Shown here: positions 7,665-17,277 of the stretch, in pieces
Position numbering within the stretch: the stretch's first letter is position 1
How the letters are laid out: the number at the start of each line of letters is the position of its first letter
Assembly (NCBI GenBank): GCA_035687245.1
Contig: DASRYH010000008.1
Span: forward strand, 180,138-244,137
From: Coriobacteriia bacterium
Lineage (GTDB): Bacteria > Actinomycetota > Coriobacteriia > Anaerosomatales > PHET01
Reading direction: 5' to 3'
DNA: 64,000 bases
Translations under genes and position numbers: made by a program
The notes under the pieces: model-generated
The model's database searches: none
The model's input: only the letters and a program-made list of their open reading frames with translations
What the model was told of the DNA's origin: nothing

Positions 7665-7700
7665 CATCTTCGTCTTCTTCCTGCCAAGAGGATGAAGATG
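7665..7700 (+). terminator. Imperfect long hairpin after the ATPase gene
   Basis: CATCTTCGTCTTCTT...AAGAGGATGAAGATG pairs about 15 bp including G-U pairs, followed by TTGCTCTATT. Confidence 0.35.
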
Positions 7701-7827
7701 TTGCTCTATTCGCGTCTGGTGCACTGTCATCGTCGGATTCAAGTGATAACTTCGAGGGGCTGGGATTCCCACTGGGATCTCGGCCCCTTTCCCGTCTGGA
7801 CGACGTGAACTGAAAGGGAAATGCACC

Positions 7828-8967
7828 TTGGAAATGGAAAAGACATCGAGCGGAAGGTACAAGGTCCGCATCTGGGACAAGCATCTCTGCAAGAAGGTCT
7901 ACGTAGGGACCTATCCCACGAAGACCGCCGCCAGGACGGCAGGGACGCAAGCTGAGCTTCGATTGCTCACTTTCGGTCACCTGCCCGAGCACAAGGACAT
8001 CACGCTGGTCGCTCTGTGCGATCGCTACATCGAGATGAACCCTCAGCTCCGCACAAGCACGATCGACTGGTATGCGAATGCGCTCAAGAAGGCACGCGCC
8101 TTCTTTGGCGATGAGGCCAGTGTCAGACGTATGTCCAAGGAAGACATGCAGTCCTACGTTTCGAGCCTCATTTCTCAGAAGAAGGCATCGAAGACGGTCG
8201 TGGGCTACCTCAAGGCACTCGGGGCGGTGTTCGAGCAGGCGGTTGAGTGGGGCTATCGCGAGAGCAATCCCTGCCGCAAGCTCCGCAATCTACCGGAGAA
8301 CCGGCGAGCAGATGACGCAATCCGCGTACTGAGCACCACGGAGCACGCACGATTGGCGGATTCGGCCCCGGGTCACTACAGGACGATGGTATCGGTGTGG
8401 CCTTTCATCGGACTTCGCCGCTCAGAGATGCAGGGCCTGCGGTGGGAAGACGTCGACTTGGTTGGTGGCCGGCTGCACGTAAGGCACCAGCTCCGTGAGG
8501 ACGGAAGCCTCGATCCTAACCTCAAAACGCGTAAGTCCCGGCGAACGATCGTGATGCCGCAAAACGTAGTGAACGAGCTTCGCAAGTGGCGCTTGGAGAG
8601 CAAGCCCAACCTGCTCGACCTCGTCTTCCCAACGCAGCAGGGTCTGCCGCAAACCTCTAAGCCGAACTTCTACAGTTGGTGGAACAAGGCGTGTGCAAAG
8701 GCAGGCCTCGCCGGCTGCAATCCCCACGACATGCGGCACACTTTCGCCACGTGGTCTTTGGCGGCAGGGGAGAACCCCAAACGGGTCGCCGACGAGATGG
8801 GGCACGAGAAGACGTCGATGATGCTCGACACGTATCTTCACCTGCTCGTTGACGACAATGTAGGGGGTACAAAGCGGCTCGAGGAATGGTACTATTCTCA
8901 GGCTGCTACGAGCGGGATGGATGCAAGTACCGCCCCTATACCGCCCCTGAAGGCCTCAAACGCCTGA
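7828..8967 (+). CDS. Tyrosine recombinase / phage-type integrase
   Basis: The N-terminal SAM-like core-binding region is followed by the catalytic domain: GLRRSE (Arg I), HDMRHTFATWSL (His-x-x-Arg) and GHEKTSMMLDTYLHL (His ... catalytic Tyr). The start is TTG 7828 or ATG 7834. The gene ends 47 nt before tRNA-Pro. Confidence 0.85.
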   Translation: MEMEKTSSGRYKVRIWDKHLCKKVYVGTYPTKTAARTAGTQAELRLLTFGHLPEHKDITLVALCDRYIEMNPQLRTSTIDWYANALKKARAFFGDEASVRRMSKEDMQSYVSSLISQKKASKTVVGYLKALGAVFEQAVEWGYRESNPCRKLRNLPENRRADDAIRVLSTTEHARLADSAPGHYRTMVSVWPFIGLRRSEMQGLRWEDVDLVGGRLHVRHQLREDGSLDPNLKTRKSRRTIVMPQNVVNELRKWRLESKPNLLDLVFPTQQGLPQTSKPNFYSWWNKACAKAGLAGCNPHDMRHTFATWSLAAGENPKRVADEMGHEKTSMMLDTYLHLLVDDNVGGTKRLEEWYYSQAATSGMDASTAPIPPLKASNA

Positions 8968-8984
8968 TCGGGGAGGATCGGGGA
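8966..8984 (+). repeat. Tandem direct 9-mer GATCGGGGA x2 (10-bp period) between integrase stop and tRNA
   Basis: GATCGGGGA at 8966-8974 and again at 8976-8984, read directly from the sequence. Confidence 0.5.
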
Positions 8985-9013
8985 AGTGAGTTTCCGCAGG
9001 TAGAAGCATATAT

Positions 9014-9090
<77 letters not shown>

Positions 9091-9098
9091 GCACTCTT

Positions 9099-9122
9099 CG
9101 AGGCACCCTCCGGGGTGCCTCG
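9099..9122 (+). terminator. Hairpin terminator after tRNA-Pro
   Basis: CGAGGCACCC-TCCG-GGGTGCCTCG is a perfect 10-bp stem, followed by TTTCGTCT. Confidence 0.55.
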
Positions 9123-9334
9123 TTTCGTCTATCTGCACAAGCGTGCTCGACAGTTCAAGAGCCGTTTCAAAGGCTTCGGCCGCCTTCTTGGAGACAAACG
9201 AAGACCCCGCGAGGCGGTGATTCCTCCGGGGCCGTGATCAGCGCCTTGCGATGGGCGACTGACTTGCATAGGGTATCACGCCCGAATCGGCAGAGAGGCC
9301 CCAGTGAATTCGGCCGCGCAGGGAAAAGGCCTGA

Positions 9335-10198
9335 CTACGCCGCCGGTGCATCGCCCATCTCGTCTTCCATCATCGACAGGAGCTTCAGCCCGTCACGGTA
9401 GGTGCCTTCGAGGAAGAGGGCCTCATCGTGCAGCCCAGAGCGCCGCATCTCCGTCTCGAATGTGAGGAACTTGTCGTAGGGGGACGCGGCCACCGTTCGG
9501 ACTAGCTCAGCCCAGTCGACCGTCCCGGAGAATACGGGTTTGTGCTGGTCGGCGGTTCCGTCGTTGTCGTGCAGGTGAAGTGAGATGAGGCGCTCCTTCA
9601 CGGAATCAAGGTGCCGGAGCCCCATCCCTCCTATGTTTCCGTGGCCCGTGTCGTAGCAGAGGCCCAAGAAGGTCGACTCGTACTCCGAAAACAGCTCGCG
9701 AATCCCGATGAACTTGTCGTTTGCCCGATTCTCCACCGCGATCTTGACGGACCTTGCGGTGCAGTACTCCTCAAGCTCGTCCAGCGATTTCCTGAGCTGA
9801 CTCCACGCATCGCGGTTGGCGGAGTTCGCGGGGGGTGTATGAACCACAATCACCGAACCACCCAGAACGGTGCACATGTCGACGCGGTTCTTGATGATCT
9901 CGACACCAGCTAGCCGCTGGTACTCGACGATTGAGTACCAGTTCTTCTCAGCGCCTGCGGGAGCGTGGATGTCGTAGAGCGAAAGCGCCAAGCGGTTCAG
10001 GAGTTGCTCGATGTGCCTGATCTCCGGCGCGGTGTAGACAAAGTCGTGCCTCCAGTGGTGGATCCACTGGATGTGCCGGAAGCCCGCCTCCGCGATCCGT
10101 GTCAGGGCGGGTTCGGCATTGCCGGTGTCGCCGGCATAGTCCGTTGCCATTGCGAGTTCCATGTCGTGAGGCCTCCCGGCTTTGTTGGAGTTGAACAT
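9335..10198 (-). CDS. Sugar phosphate isomerase/epimerase (xylose isomerase-like TIM barrel)
   Basis: The length and pattern fit AP_endonuc_2/TIM-barrel proteins: AGFRHIQW...IHAP...VVHTPP...IAVENR...GLCYDTGH...LHLHDN. The start may be the downstream MELAMATDY. Confidence 0.65.
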   Translation of the reverse strand: MFNSNKAGRPHDMELAMATDYAGDTGNAEPALTRIAEAGFRHIQWIHHWRHDFVYTAPEIRHIEQLLNRLALSLYDIHAPAGAEKNWYSIVEYQRLAGVEIIKNRVDMCTVLGGSVIVVHTPPANSANRDAWSQLRKSLDELEEYCTARSVKIAVENRANDKFIGIRELFSEYESTFLGLCYDTGHGNIGGMGLRHLDSVKERLISLHLHDNDGTADQHKPVFSGTVDWAELVRTVAASPYDKFLTFETEMRRSGLHDEALFLEGTYRDGLKLLSMMEDEMGDAPAA

Positions 10199-10277
10199 AC
10201 TCCGAATACGCGCCCAATGCGGCGCGAGGCTCGACGCCTTCGGTCAATGGGACGTTTGGTGAGCGTTACAGACGTGG

Positions 10278-11270
10278 ATGGCAGACCGGTGGTGCCTACT
10301 CGGCGTCGCCACCGCTGCCGCGTGGGTTGAGCGACCACCCGCTGCGTTCGACCCGGTCAGTCTGGTGGGAGATACTGGGGAGACTAGTGTCGCCAGCGAA
10401 GGGGCAATCACGGTGGCTGAAGAGAATATAGCGATACTCGTGGATTCGGGCTGCGACGTACCCCAGGAATACCGGGACAGGTACCACATCTACGTCGCCC
10501 CGCTCACGATCGTCTACAAGGAGGGCGAGTATCGGGACGGAATCGACATCGCTCCCGATACGGTCTACGAACGCTTCAAGGATGAGGTTCCGTCGACTTC
10601 ATTGCCGAGTCCTGCGACGGTCGCGGAGCTCTTTCGGCAGATCAAGGCCGATGGCTACGAGAAGGTCATCGTGATCGCGATTTCCAGCGGCTTGAGCGGG
10701 ACCTTCAACATGCTGATGACATTCGGGCCGGAGCCGGAGGGGCTCGAGGCGCGCTACATCGATACCAGGAACATCGGGATCGGGAGCGGCTTTTCGGCGA
10801 TTCGCGCTGGCGAACTGATCGAGAAGGGGCTGTCGTTTTCCGAGGTGTGCAGCCAAGTTGAGATCGCGGCGAACAACACGAAGCTGTTCTTCTGTGTCGC
10901 GTCCCTCGAGTACCTGATGAAAGGCGGTCGAATCGGACTTGTCTCGGGAGTGATGGGAATGCTCCTGGATGTGAAGCCGGTCATCGCCTGCAACGAGGAC
11001 GGCATCTACTACACGGTTGCGAAGGCCCGCGGGCGCGAGAAGTCGCTGAGGGTTGCGCTTCAGAAGGCCGTCGAGTTCGCCGAAGGGGCCAAGGAGTACA
11101 ACATCGCGGTGGTTCAAGGCGCTGCAGCCGCCGAAGGTGCCGCGCTGATGGCCACAATGAAGGAGCAGCTGCCGGACTTCGGGTACGCGATCGAAGAAGT
11201 GCTCACGCCCGCGCTCGTCGTCCACACCGGACCAGGGCTGATCGGCATAGGCGTACAGCGGTTGGCCTAG
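10278..11270 (+). CDS. DegV family fatty-acid-binding protein
   Basis: IAILVDSGCDVPQEY...TSLPSPATVAELF...VIVIAISSGLSGTFN is the DegV signature. The true start is probably an internal GTG near VAEENIAIL. Confidence 0.85.
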   Translation: MADRWCLLGVATAAAWVERPPAAFDPVSLVGDTGETSVASEGAITVAEENIAILVDSGCDVPQEYRDRYHIYVAPLTIVYKEGEYRDGIDIAPDTVYERFKDEVPSTSLPSPATVAELFRQIKADGYEKVIVIAISSGLSGTFNMLMTFGPEPEGLEARYIDTRNIGIGSGFSAIRAGELIEKGLSFSEVCSQVEIAANNTKLFFCVASLEYLMKGGRIGLVSGVMGMLLDVKPVIACNEDGIYYTVAKARGREKSLRVALQKAVEFAEGAKEYNIAVVQGAAAAEGAALMATMKEQLPDFGYAIEEVLTPALVVHTGPGLIGIGVQRLA

Positions 11271-11376
11271 CGCTTGCCGAAGGTAGTGAGACGCAACGGC
11301 GTCGACGTGGTACGGATGTCGGCGTCGTCGTTCGACTAGGTAGGGGACAAGCTGCGCGCGCAAAGGTGAACGAGGC

Positions 11377-13569
11377 ATGATGACTGATTCTGCAGGCACC
11401 AGCAACGAGGCAACCGAAGTCTTGGCGGCCGCCATCGCGCAGGAGCTGCACGCGCTGGACGAGTGGCAGGCGAAGCGGTTGCTTGCTAGTTACGGCATTT
11501 CGGTGCCTGAAGGCGGGCTCGCGCGCGATGCGGACGAGGCCGCGGCGATCGCGCGGCGGCTCGGGGGTCCCGTGGCCGTCAAGGCGATCGGGACGAGCAT
11601 CAATCACAAGACCGAGCGCGGGCTCGTCGCGCTCAATCTGAGTGACGAGTCGGCCGTACGCGACTCCGCTAGCTCACTTCTCGTGGCCGCCGAAGATCCG
11701 AGCGCATCGCTTCTCGTGGAGCGCATGGTCAAGGGCTCTCGGGAGTTCATGATCGGCATGAAGCGTGACCCCTCCTACGGCCCTGTCGTTGTCTTTGGCA
11801 TCGGCGGAGTCTTAGCCGAGGCGCACAGGGACATCTCGCTCGGCGTGACACCATTGGACGACGGGGATATTGAGCGCATGCTCTCCGGGATTCGGGCGAG
11901 TGCGCTGCTTGATGCGTTTCGGGGCATGCCACCGGTGGATCGCGTGGCGCTTGTGGCGGCCATTCGTGCGCTCGCGCAGATTGCCGAGGACCATCCCGCT
12001 ATCACTGAGATCGACGTGAACCCTCTCATCATCGACGGCACGAGGCCGGTTGCCGCCGATGCGCTCGTGATCCTCGATCCCGGAGCGGCTACGCGTGCAT
12101 CGGGCGCCACTCGAGCAGCGCCTGCATCGCCGAATCTGTCGCCGATGTTCGCGCCGCGGGCCGTGGCTGTCGTTGGCGCTTCGAACGACCCCCTTAAGTG
12201 GGGCGGTTCTCTCATGCGCAACATCATCAACGGGGGTTTCGCTGGCCCCATCTACCCCGTCAACGGGCGCGGCGGCTCCGTGTGTGGCCTGGAGGCCTTC
12301 GCCAGCATCTCGGATCTGCCCGAGGCGCCTGATCTTGCGTTGGTTGCAGTAGGAGCTGCCTACGTGGATGGCGTAATCGAGCAGTGCGGAGAGCGCGGCA
12401 TTCCTGTCGCGCTGGTGGTCGCTGCAGGCTTCTCTGAAGCAGGCGAGGAGGGGATTGCCGCAGAGGCGGCGCTCGTCAAGACCGCCGAGGACGCAGGCGT
12501 CACGCTCGTCGGTCCCAACTGCATGGGACTGCTGTCAACGCATAGCCATCTGCATGCCGTCGGCTTCTTGGAGCTCCGGCCCGAAGCCGGCGGCCTGAGC
12601 ATCATCTCCCAGTCCGGCAACATCGGCGTCCAGCTTGTGACCAGGGCGGAGCGGCGCCACGTCGGCATCGACAAGTACGTGACGGTCGGCAACCAGGCCA
12701 CTACCACCGCGCTCGATGTGCTCGAAGCGCTGGCAGACGACCCCAAGACAGCTGCTGTGCTCGTCTATCTCGAGGAGATCGGCGACGGCCGCCGCTTCAT
12801 CGACGTCTTGCGCCGCACCACGACCCAGAAGCCGGTGGTCGTACTGCCCGGCGGCATGACCGACTACGGCCGCCGCGCTGCTGCTTCGCACACCGGGGCC
12901 ATGGCCGGTTCAACGGATGTCTTCCTGGCAGCGACCCGGCAGACAGGCACCCTCGTCCGTACGGGTCCAGACGAGAGCCTGGACCTTGCGCTGTGCCTCT
13001 CGGCTCTTCCACTGCCGAAAGGCCGCAGAGTAGCAGTGATGACACTCGGCGGCGGATGGGGAGTGCTTGCCGCCGACGAACTGGCTCGCAACGACCTGGA
13101 GCTGGCGACGCTCGAGCCGGAGGTGCTTGCCGCACTGGATGAGCTTCTGCCCGGCTACTGGTGTCGCAGCAACCCTGTCGACCTCGTCGCGACAGTTGGC
13201 CCAGACCTCGCGGCGAGCACTCTGACCAAACTCGCGCAGAGCGATGATGTCGACGCCGTCGTGGTCCTCGGTATTCTGCGCAGCCCGTCGACGGGCTGGA
13301 CATCGGATGACCCGGCAGCGGCAGGCGTACCGGGCGGTCCCGGCCGCGGCAACTTCAACGCGGCCGAGGTCGCATTCCTCGAGCGCGTCACCGAGCTCAT
13401 GGAGAGCACCGGCAAGCCGATCATCAACGCCCCGCTCCGCCCGCTCGATGCCGCGACTTTCCCCGGTGGAAGGCGATATGACCCTGTCATCCTCTACTCT
13501 CCGGTCGCCGCAGTCCGGGCCCTTGCCGCGATGGCGTGGTATCGCGAGTACGTCGACGGGGCCTCGTGA
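11377..13569 (+). CDS. ADP-forming acyl-CoA synthetase (acetate-CoA ligase family), fused beta-alpha subunits
   Basis: An N-terminal ATP-grasp domain (EWQAKRLLASYGISVPEG...VAVKA) is followed by CoA-binding and ligase-CoA domains (PRAVAVVGASNDPLKWGG...GPNCMGL...SQSGN...AASHTGAMAG). Confidence 0.8.
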   Translation: MMTDSAGTSNEATEVLAAAIAQELHALDEWQAKRLLASYGISVPEGGLARDADEAAAIARRLGGPVAVKAIGTSINHKTERGLVALNLSDESAVRDSASSLLVAAEDPSASLLVERMVKGSREFMIGMKRDPSYGPVVVFGIGGVLAEAHRDISLGVTPLDDGDIERMLSGIRASALLDAFRGMPPVDRVALVAAIRALAQIAEDHPAITEIDVNPLIIDGTRPVAADALVILDPGAATRASGATRAAPASPNLSPMFAPRAVAVVGASNDPLKWGGSLMRNIINGGFAGPIYPVNGRGGSVCGLEAFASISDLPEAPDLALVAVGAAYVDGVIEQCGERGIPVALVVAAGFSEAGEEGIAAEAALVKTAEDAGVTLVGPNCMGLLSTHSHLHAVGFLELRPEAGGLSIISQSGNIGVQLVTRAERRHVGIDKYVTVGNQATTTALDVLEALADDPKTAAVLVYLEEIGDGRRFIDVLRRTTTQKPVVVLPGGMTDYGRRAAASHTGAMAGSTDVFLAATRQTGTLVRTGPDESLDLALCLSALPLPKGRRVAVMTLGGGWGVLAADELARNDLELATLEPEVLAALDELLPGYWCRSNPVDLVATVGPDLAASTLTKLAQSDDVDAVVVLGILRSPSTGWTSDDPAAAGVPGGPGRGNFNAAEVAFLERVTELMESTGKPIINAPLRPLDAATFPGGRRYDPVILYSPVAAVRALAAMAWYREYVDGAS

Positions 13570-13662
13570 CACCGCACGCGAGCACATGCTCAGGTCGGTC
13601 CGAAGCGCGTCGGGTGCCCGTTAGCGGGTAAGTACTCAGCTACGGACTATCGATGAGGGGAC

Positions 13663-14163
13663 GTGCTTGCAGAGATGGTGGAGCCTGCAGATCTTCAGGT
13701 ATCCGACATCTCGGAGATCACCGACCAGCTCTACATCGCCTCACGGCTGCACGCGCGGCACGTCGAATCCGTTCGTGATCTAGACATCGATCTCATCCTG
13801 AGCACGATCTGGTTGGCGCCGACCCGTGGGCTGCGGCGAGAGCCGTTTCGCTCGCTGTGGCTCCCATTAGTGGACTCGCCTCTAGTTCCGCTTCCCCTCT
13901 TCATTCTTCGGCGAGGCGCCCGCGCTGCGGTTCTGGTGATGGCCTCGGGCGGGAAGGTGCTCATCTACTGTCGCGGGGGCATCCACCGCAGTGTCGCGAT
14001 GGCTTCATGCATCCTCATTGCCCGCGGTATGGCGGCAGACGAGGCAATGGCGCTGATCACCGATCATCGGCCTGTCGCAGATCCCCACGCTCCCTACATC
14101 GAGCGACGGATACGGGCATTCGAGAAGGACTGGCTGTCCCGACAGCGGCCGGCATCAAGGTGA
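13663..14163 (+). CDS. Dual-specificity / tyrosine protein phosphatase
   Basis: The CX5R active-site loop is VLIYCRGGIHRSVAMAS. Confidence 0.7.
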   Translation: MLAEMVEPADLQVSDISEITDQLYIASRLHARHVESVRDLDIDLILSTIWLAPTRGLRREPFRSLWLPLVDSPLVPLPLFILRRGARAAVLVMASGGKVLIYCRGGIHRSVAMASCILIARGMAADEAMALITDHRPVADPHAPYIERRIRAFEKDWLSRQRPASR

Positions 14164-14191
14164 GGCGCACCCACAGGAGGAGGGGCCGGAC

Positions 14192-15082
14192 ATGCGCGTG
14201 AAGGTCATCATCAACCCGGCAGCGGGGAAACCCGAACCCGTTCTGAGCGTTCTGAACGACGTGTTCTCGCCCGCGGCGATCGACTGGGAAGTCGACATCA
14301 CGCACGAGAGCGGCGACGCCAAGCGATCGGCGCAGCGCGCTGCTGACGAGGGCTACGATCTAGTCGGCGTCTATGGCGGTGACGGAACCGTCTCCGAAGT
14401 GGCCGCCGGTCTGGCCGAGGGTGGCCCTCCGATCCTTCTGCTACCGGGCGGAACGGGCAACGCGCTCGCAGCAGAGCTTGGGATATCGCCGGGGCTGGCC
14501 GAAGCCGCTGCGCTTGCGGTGGGAGACGCCGGGGAGATCAGGCGGGTCGACGTTGGGCGCTCCGGCGATCAGTACTTTGTGTTGCGGCTGACCACGGGAC
14601 TCGAGGCCGAGATGGTGAGCGCGGCCACCCCGGAGATGAAAGACAAGTTCGGGTGGCTGGCCTACGCACTCTCGGGGCTGTCGGCCATCGCTGAAGCGCC
14701 GATGGCTGCATACCGCTTCACGGTCGATGGCGCAGAGGTCGAGTGTGAGGGGCTGGCAGCGCTGGTCGCCAACTCCGCAATGGTAGGGGTCTCAGGCCTG
14801 AGAATCGCCGCTGACGTCGATGTCTCGGACGGCCTACTTGATGTGGTGGTGGTGCAGCGGACGGACCTCCCAGGCCTCATTGGTAGCGCAGCCGATGCGG
14901 CCCAGGGACAACAGCCGCGCATGATGAGCCGGTGGCGTGGCAAGGTGATTCACGTGGAGACGACGCCTGTGCAGACTGTCTTGGCGGACGGCGAAGACGC
15001 CGGCCAGACGCCACTAGATGTGAGCGTCGTTCCGGGTGCGATCGGCGTGCTTGTTCCGAGGCTACAGATCGGGCCTGCTTGA
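14192..15082 (+). CDS. Diacylglycerol kinase family lipid kinase (YegS/DagK-like)
   Basis: The product shows KVIINPAAG, GGDGTVSEVAAGL and LLPGGTGNALA motifs. Confidence 0.8.
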   Translation: MRVKVIINPAAGKPEPVLSVLNDVFSPAAIDWEVDITHESGDAKRSAQRAADEGYDLVGVYGGDGTVSEVAAGLAEGGPPILLLPGGTGNALAAELGISPGLAEAAALAVGDAGEIRRVDVGRSGDQYFVLRLTTGLEAEMVSAATPEMKDKFGWLAYALSGLSAIAEAPMAAYRFTVDGAEVECEGLAALVANSAMVGVSGLRIAADVDVSDGLLDVVVVQRTDLPGLIGSAADAAQGQQPRMMSRWRGKVIHVETTPVQTVLADGEDAGQTPLDVSVVPGAIGVLVPRLQIGPA

Positions 15083-15331
15083 CGCGCGGTTCGCGTCGAG
15101 TGCGTCAACGGCGTATAATCAAGCTCCAACTGCGTCGCTATTGGACGCTCTCGCGACGACACCGGCGGCCCTCTCAATGGCGCACCGCATCGTCCTTCGG
15201 TGTCTTTGATAGCTCCCTGGTATGCCCACCGGGCACAGCGCGACAGGGGGGAGTAAGGCGTTACGGCTGTCGGGTTTGAGACCTCGGCGTCGGTTCGACC
15301 GCACCGTCACTGGACGGAAGCGGCAACCACG

Positions 15332-16156
15332 ATGACCGAGGAGTCCCCATTGCGTAGCGTCACAGAAGCACGTCCCGAAAGACCCACCACCGCGCTCCTT
15401 CTTGCCGCGGGAATGGGTAGTCGTCTATCTCCGCTCACGGATTCAACGGCGAAATGCCTGGTGGGTCTGAGCGGAATCCCGATACTCGAACGGCTCATGC
15501 GAGCCTTGTGTGCCCACGGCTTCACGCGGCTCGTCGTCGTTGTCGGCCACGAGTCGGATTCGATCCAGGACTACCTGGGCGATCACGTAGGTGACATCGA
15601 GGTCAGCTATGTGAAGAGCACCTGCTACCGGACGACGAACAACCTCTACAGCCTGTGGCTCGCCAAAGACGTCATCGACGAGCCGGTGCTGCTGATCGAG
15701 AGCGATCTCGTCTTCCGCGAGGCCCTCTTCGAGGGAATGATGACCCCCAACACCGCGGCTGTGTCTCGTCAGCTTCCGTGGATGAACGGCACGACCGTCA
15801 CGCTCGACGGAAGAAAGCGCGTGGGTGCCTTCTGCCTCGGCGAGATGAGCCGTCCTGACGCGACTCACTTCAAGACCGTCAACATCTACAGCTTCTCGCG
15901 CGAAACGTGGCGGGCTATCGGTGAGCGCTTGGACCGGTATGTGACTGCCAAGCGCACCGGTGATTACTACGAGTCCGTCTTCGCCGAGATGATCGCAGAC
16001 GGCAGCATGTCGCTTGCGCCGGTCATGTTCGAAGCTAATAGCTGGTATGAGGTCGATACGCTCGAGGATCTCGCGGCAGCAGAGCTGCTCTTCCCGGGTC
16101 ATTCGGCAACACTGCGCCATGCAGCGGCGAGCCGATCTTCGGAGCTGGCCGGCTGA
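15332..16156 (+). CDS. Nucleotidyltransferase (NTP_transferase family, LicC/IPCT-like phospho-alcohol cytidylyltransferase candidate)
   Basis: LLAAGMGSRLSPLTDSTAKCLV is the G-rich NTP-binding signature. The TGATG junction overlaps the next gene by 1 nt. Confidence 0.7.
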   Translation: MTEESPLRSVTEARPERPTTALLLAAGMGSRLSPLTDSTAKCLVGLSGIPILERLMRALCAHGFTRLVVVVGHESDSIQDYLGDHVGDIEVSYVKSTCYRTTNNLYSLWLAKDVIDEPVLLIESDLVFREALFEGMMTPNTAAVSRQLPWMNGTTVTLDGRKRVGAFCLGEMSRPDATHFKTVNIYSFSRETWRAIGERLDRYVTAKRTGDYYESVFAEMIADGSMSLAPVMFEANSWYEVDTLEDLAAAELLFPGHSATLRHAAASRSSELAG

Positions 16157-17277
16157 TGGCAGACGGAGACAGACAGACGCTCGACGCAAGGCAGAGCGAG
16201 TACGAGGCCCTCGCGTCGACGCATGGCGGTTACTGGCGCCACGGGTTCGTCGATCACGCCTACCTCTACAATCTCTACTTCCCGCCACAGCTGCTGGTAC
16301 AGCAACTCCGCAATAGCTTCGATGAGCTGCTACTGAACTACCCAGTCGCACAGGACGAACTGGCAGCACTCGTCGGCGACCTGATCGGGCAGCCTGCCTC
16401 ACACGTTGTCGTTGGCAACGGAGCCGCGGAGCTCATCAAGATCATCTCGGGGGGCCTCGCGAAGCGCCTGATCGTCCCGGTGCCGTCGTTCAACGAGTAT
16501 GCGAACGCGGCTGCCGAAGGGACCGTGATCGAGTTTCCGCTCGATTCGACATCGTTCCATCTCGACGTGGATAGCTTTGCGGCTGCGGCCATCGACGGTG
16601 GCGCGGACATCGCAGTGGTAGTGACGCCGAACAACCCCACGTCACTTACCGTGCCGAGAGCTGACCTGCTGCGGTTGTCGCGCAAGCTCGAGCCGCATGG
16701 CTGCACCCTCATCGTCGACGAGTCGTTCATCGACTTCACCGAGACACCGGCTTCAGAGTCGGTGGAGCGTGACGTTCACGACCACAAGAATCTGGCCGTG
16801 ATCAAGAGCATGAGCAAGGCCTACGGCATCTGTGGGCTGCGCATCGGCTATCTCTTGACCGCCGATCCTGCCCTGGCATCTCGCGTGCGTGACGGCCTGC
16901 ACATCTGGAACATCAACGGCATCGCGGAGGAGTTCCTTCGGGTGGCCCCGGCCTTCCGCCAGGACTTCGTTGAGAGCTGCGCGAAGGTGCGGGCCGACCG
17001 CGATGCGTTCTACGAAGCGCTCTGCGGAATCGATGGGATGCGTGTCTTTCGCCCCACCGCCAACTTCGTCTTCTGCCGTCTTCCGGCGCAGTCGGCATCC
17101 GGCGTCGAGATCGAACGTCGCCTATTCGTGGAACACAACATCTATATCAAGCACTGCGGAGGCAAGACCATGGACGACGGCGACCGCTACGTGCGGATCG
17201 CAAGCCGCACACAGGCCGAGAACGAGGCGCTCGTCTCCGCACTGTCAGAGGTTCTCGAAGCCGGTGAACACCGATGA
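16156..17277 (+). CDS. Class I/II aminotransferase-fold PLP enzyme (HisC / CobD threonine-phosphate decarboxylase-like)
   Basis: KSMSKAYGICGLRIGY carries the PLP lysine, and the product also shows NPNNPT-like TPNNPTS. An ATGA overlap links it to the next gene. Confidence 0.7.
   Translation: MADGDRQTLDARQSEYEALASTHGGYWRHGFVDHAYLYNLYFPPQLLVQQLRNSFDELLLNYPVAQDELAALVGDLIGQPASHVVVGNGAAELIKIISGGLAKRLIVPVPSFNEYANAAAEGTVIEFPLDSTSFHLDVDSFAAAAIDGGADIAVVVTPNNPTSLTVPRADLLRLSRKLEPHGCTLIVDESFIDFTETPASESVERDVHDHKNLAVIKSMSKAYGICGLRIGYLLTADPALASRVRDGLHIWNINGIAEEFLRVAPAFRQDFVESCAKVRADRDAFYEALCGIDGMRVFRPTANFVFCRLPAQSASGVEIERRLFVEHNIYIKHCGGKTMDDGDRYVRIASRTQAENEALVSALSEVLEAGEHR

Larger units (their letters stand above)
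1..9013. mobile_element. tRNA-Pro-associated genomic island / integrative element (left boundary outside window)
   Basis: The integrase, Xis-like HTH, AAA_25-like ATPase and HNH nuclease sit next to a tRNA gene. Hand counts of four 60-nt lines inside (starting at 1, 1381, 3001 and 8101) gave 50-53% GC. Lines outside (9301, 9601, 12001, 44401) gave 60-68%. No att repeat could be defined inside the window. Confidence 0.6.

Noticed and set aside
6399-7892. 497-aa ORF on the minus strand spanning the Xis-like, ATPase and integrase-start region
   Set aside because: It is antisense to three plus-strand genes that have clear motifs (HTH, Walker A/B, integrase N-terminus). Its translation is Arg/Pro/Ser-rich with no motif. 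This is a typical shadow ORF of GC-rich DNA.
10599-11435. 278-aa minus-strand ORF, and similar long antisense ORFs at 15443-16402, 18278-19339, 28790-29716, 30391-31422, 37657-38670, 44692-45684 and 49512-50543
   Set aside because: Each lies opposite a gene with unambiguous family motifs. All are Arg-rich, lack motifs, and are explained by the absence of stop codons in GC-rich antisense frames.
15230-15310. tRNA-like GGTTCGA element, and a weak resemblance of the minus strand (AACCCGACAGCC..GTAA) to part of the ydaO/c-di-AMP riboswitch
   Set aside because: No cloverleaf could be folded on either strand. The ydaO-like match covers only about 12 nt, lies on the strand with no downstream gene, and lacks the other conserved blocks.
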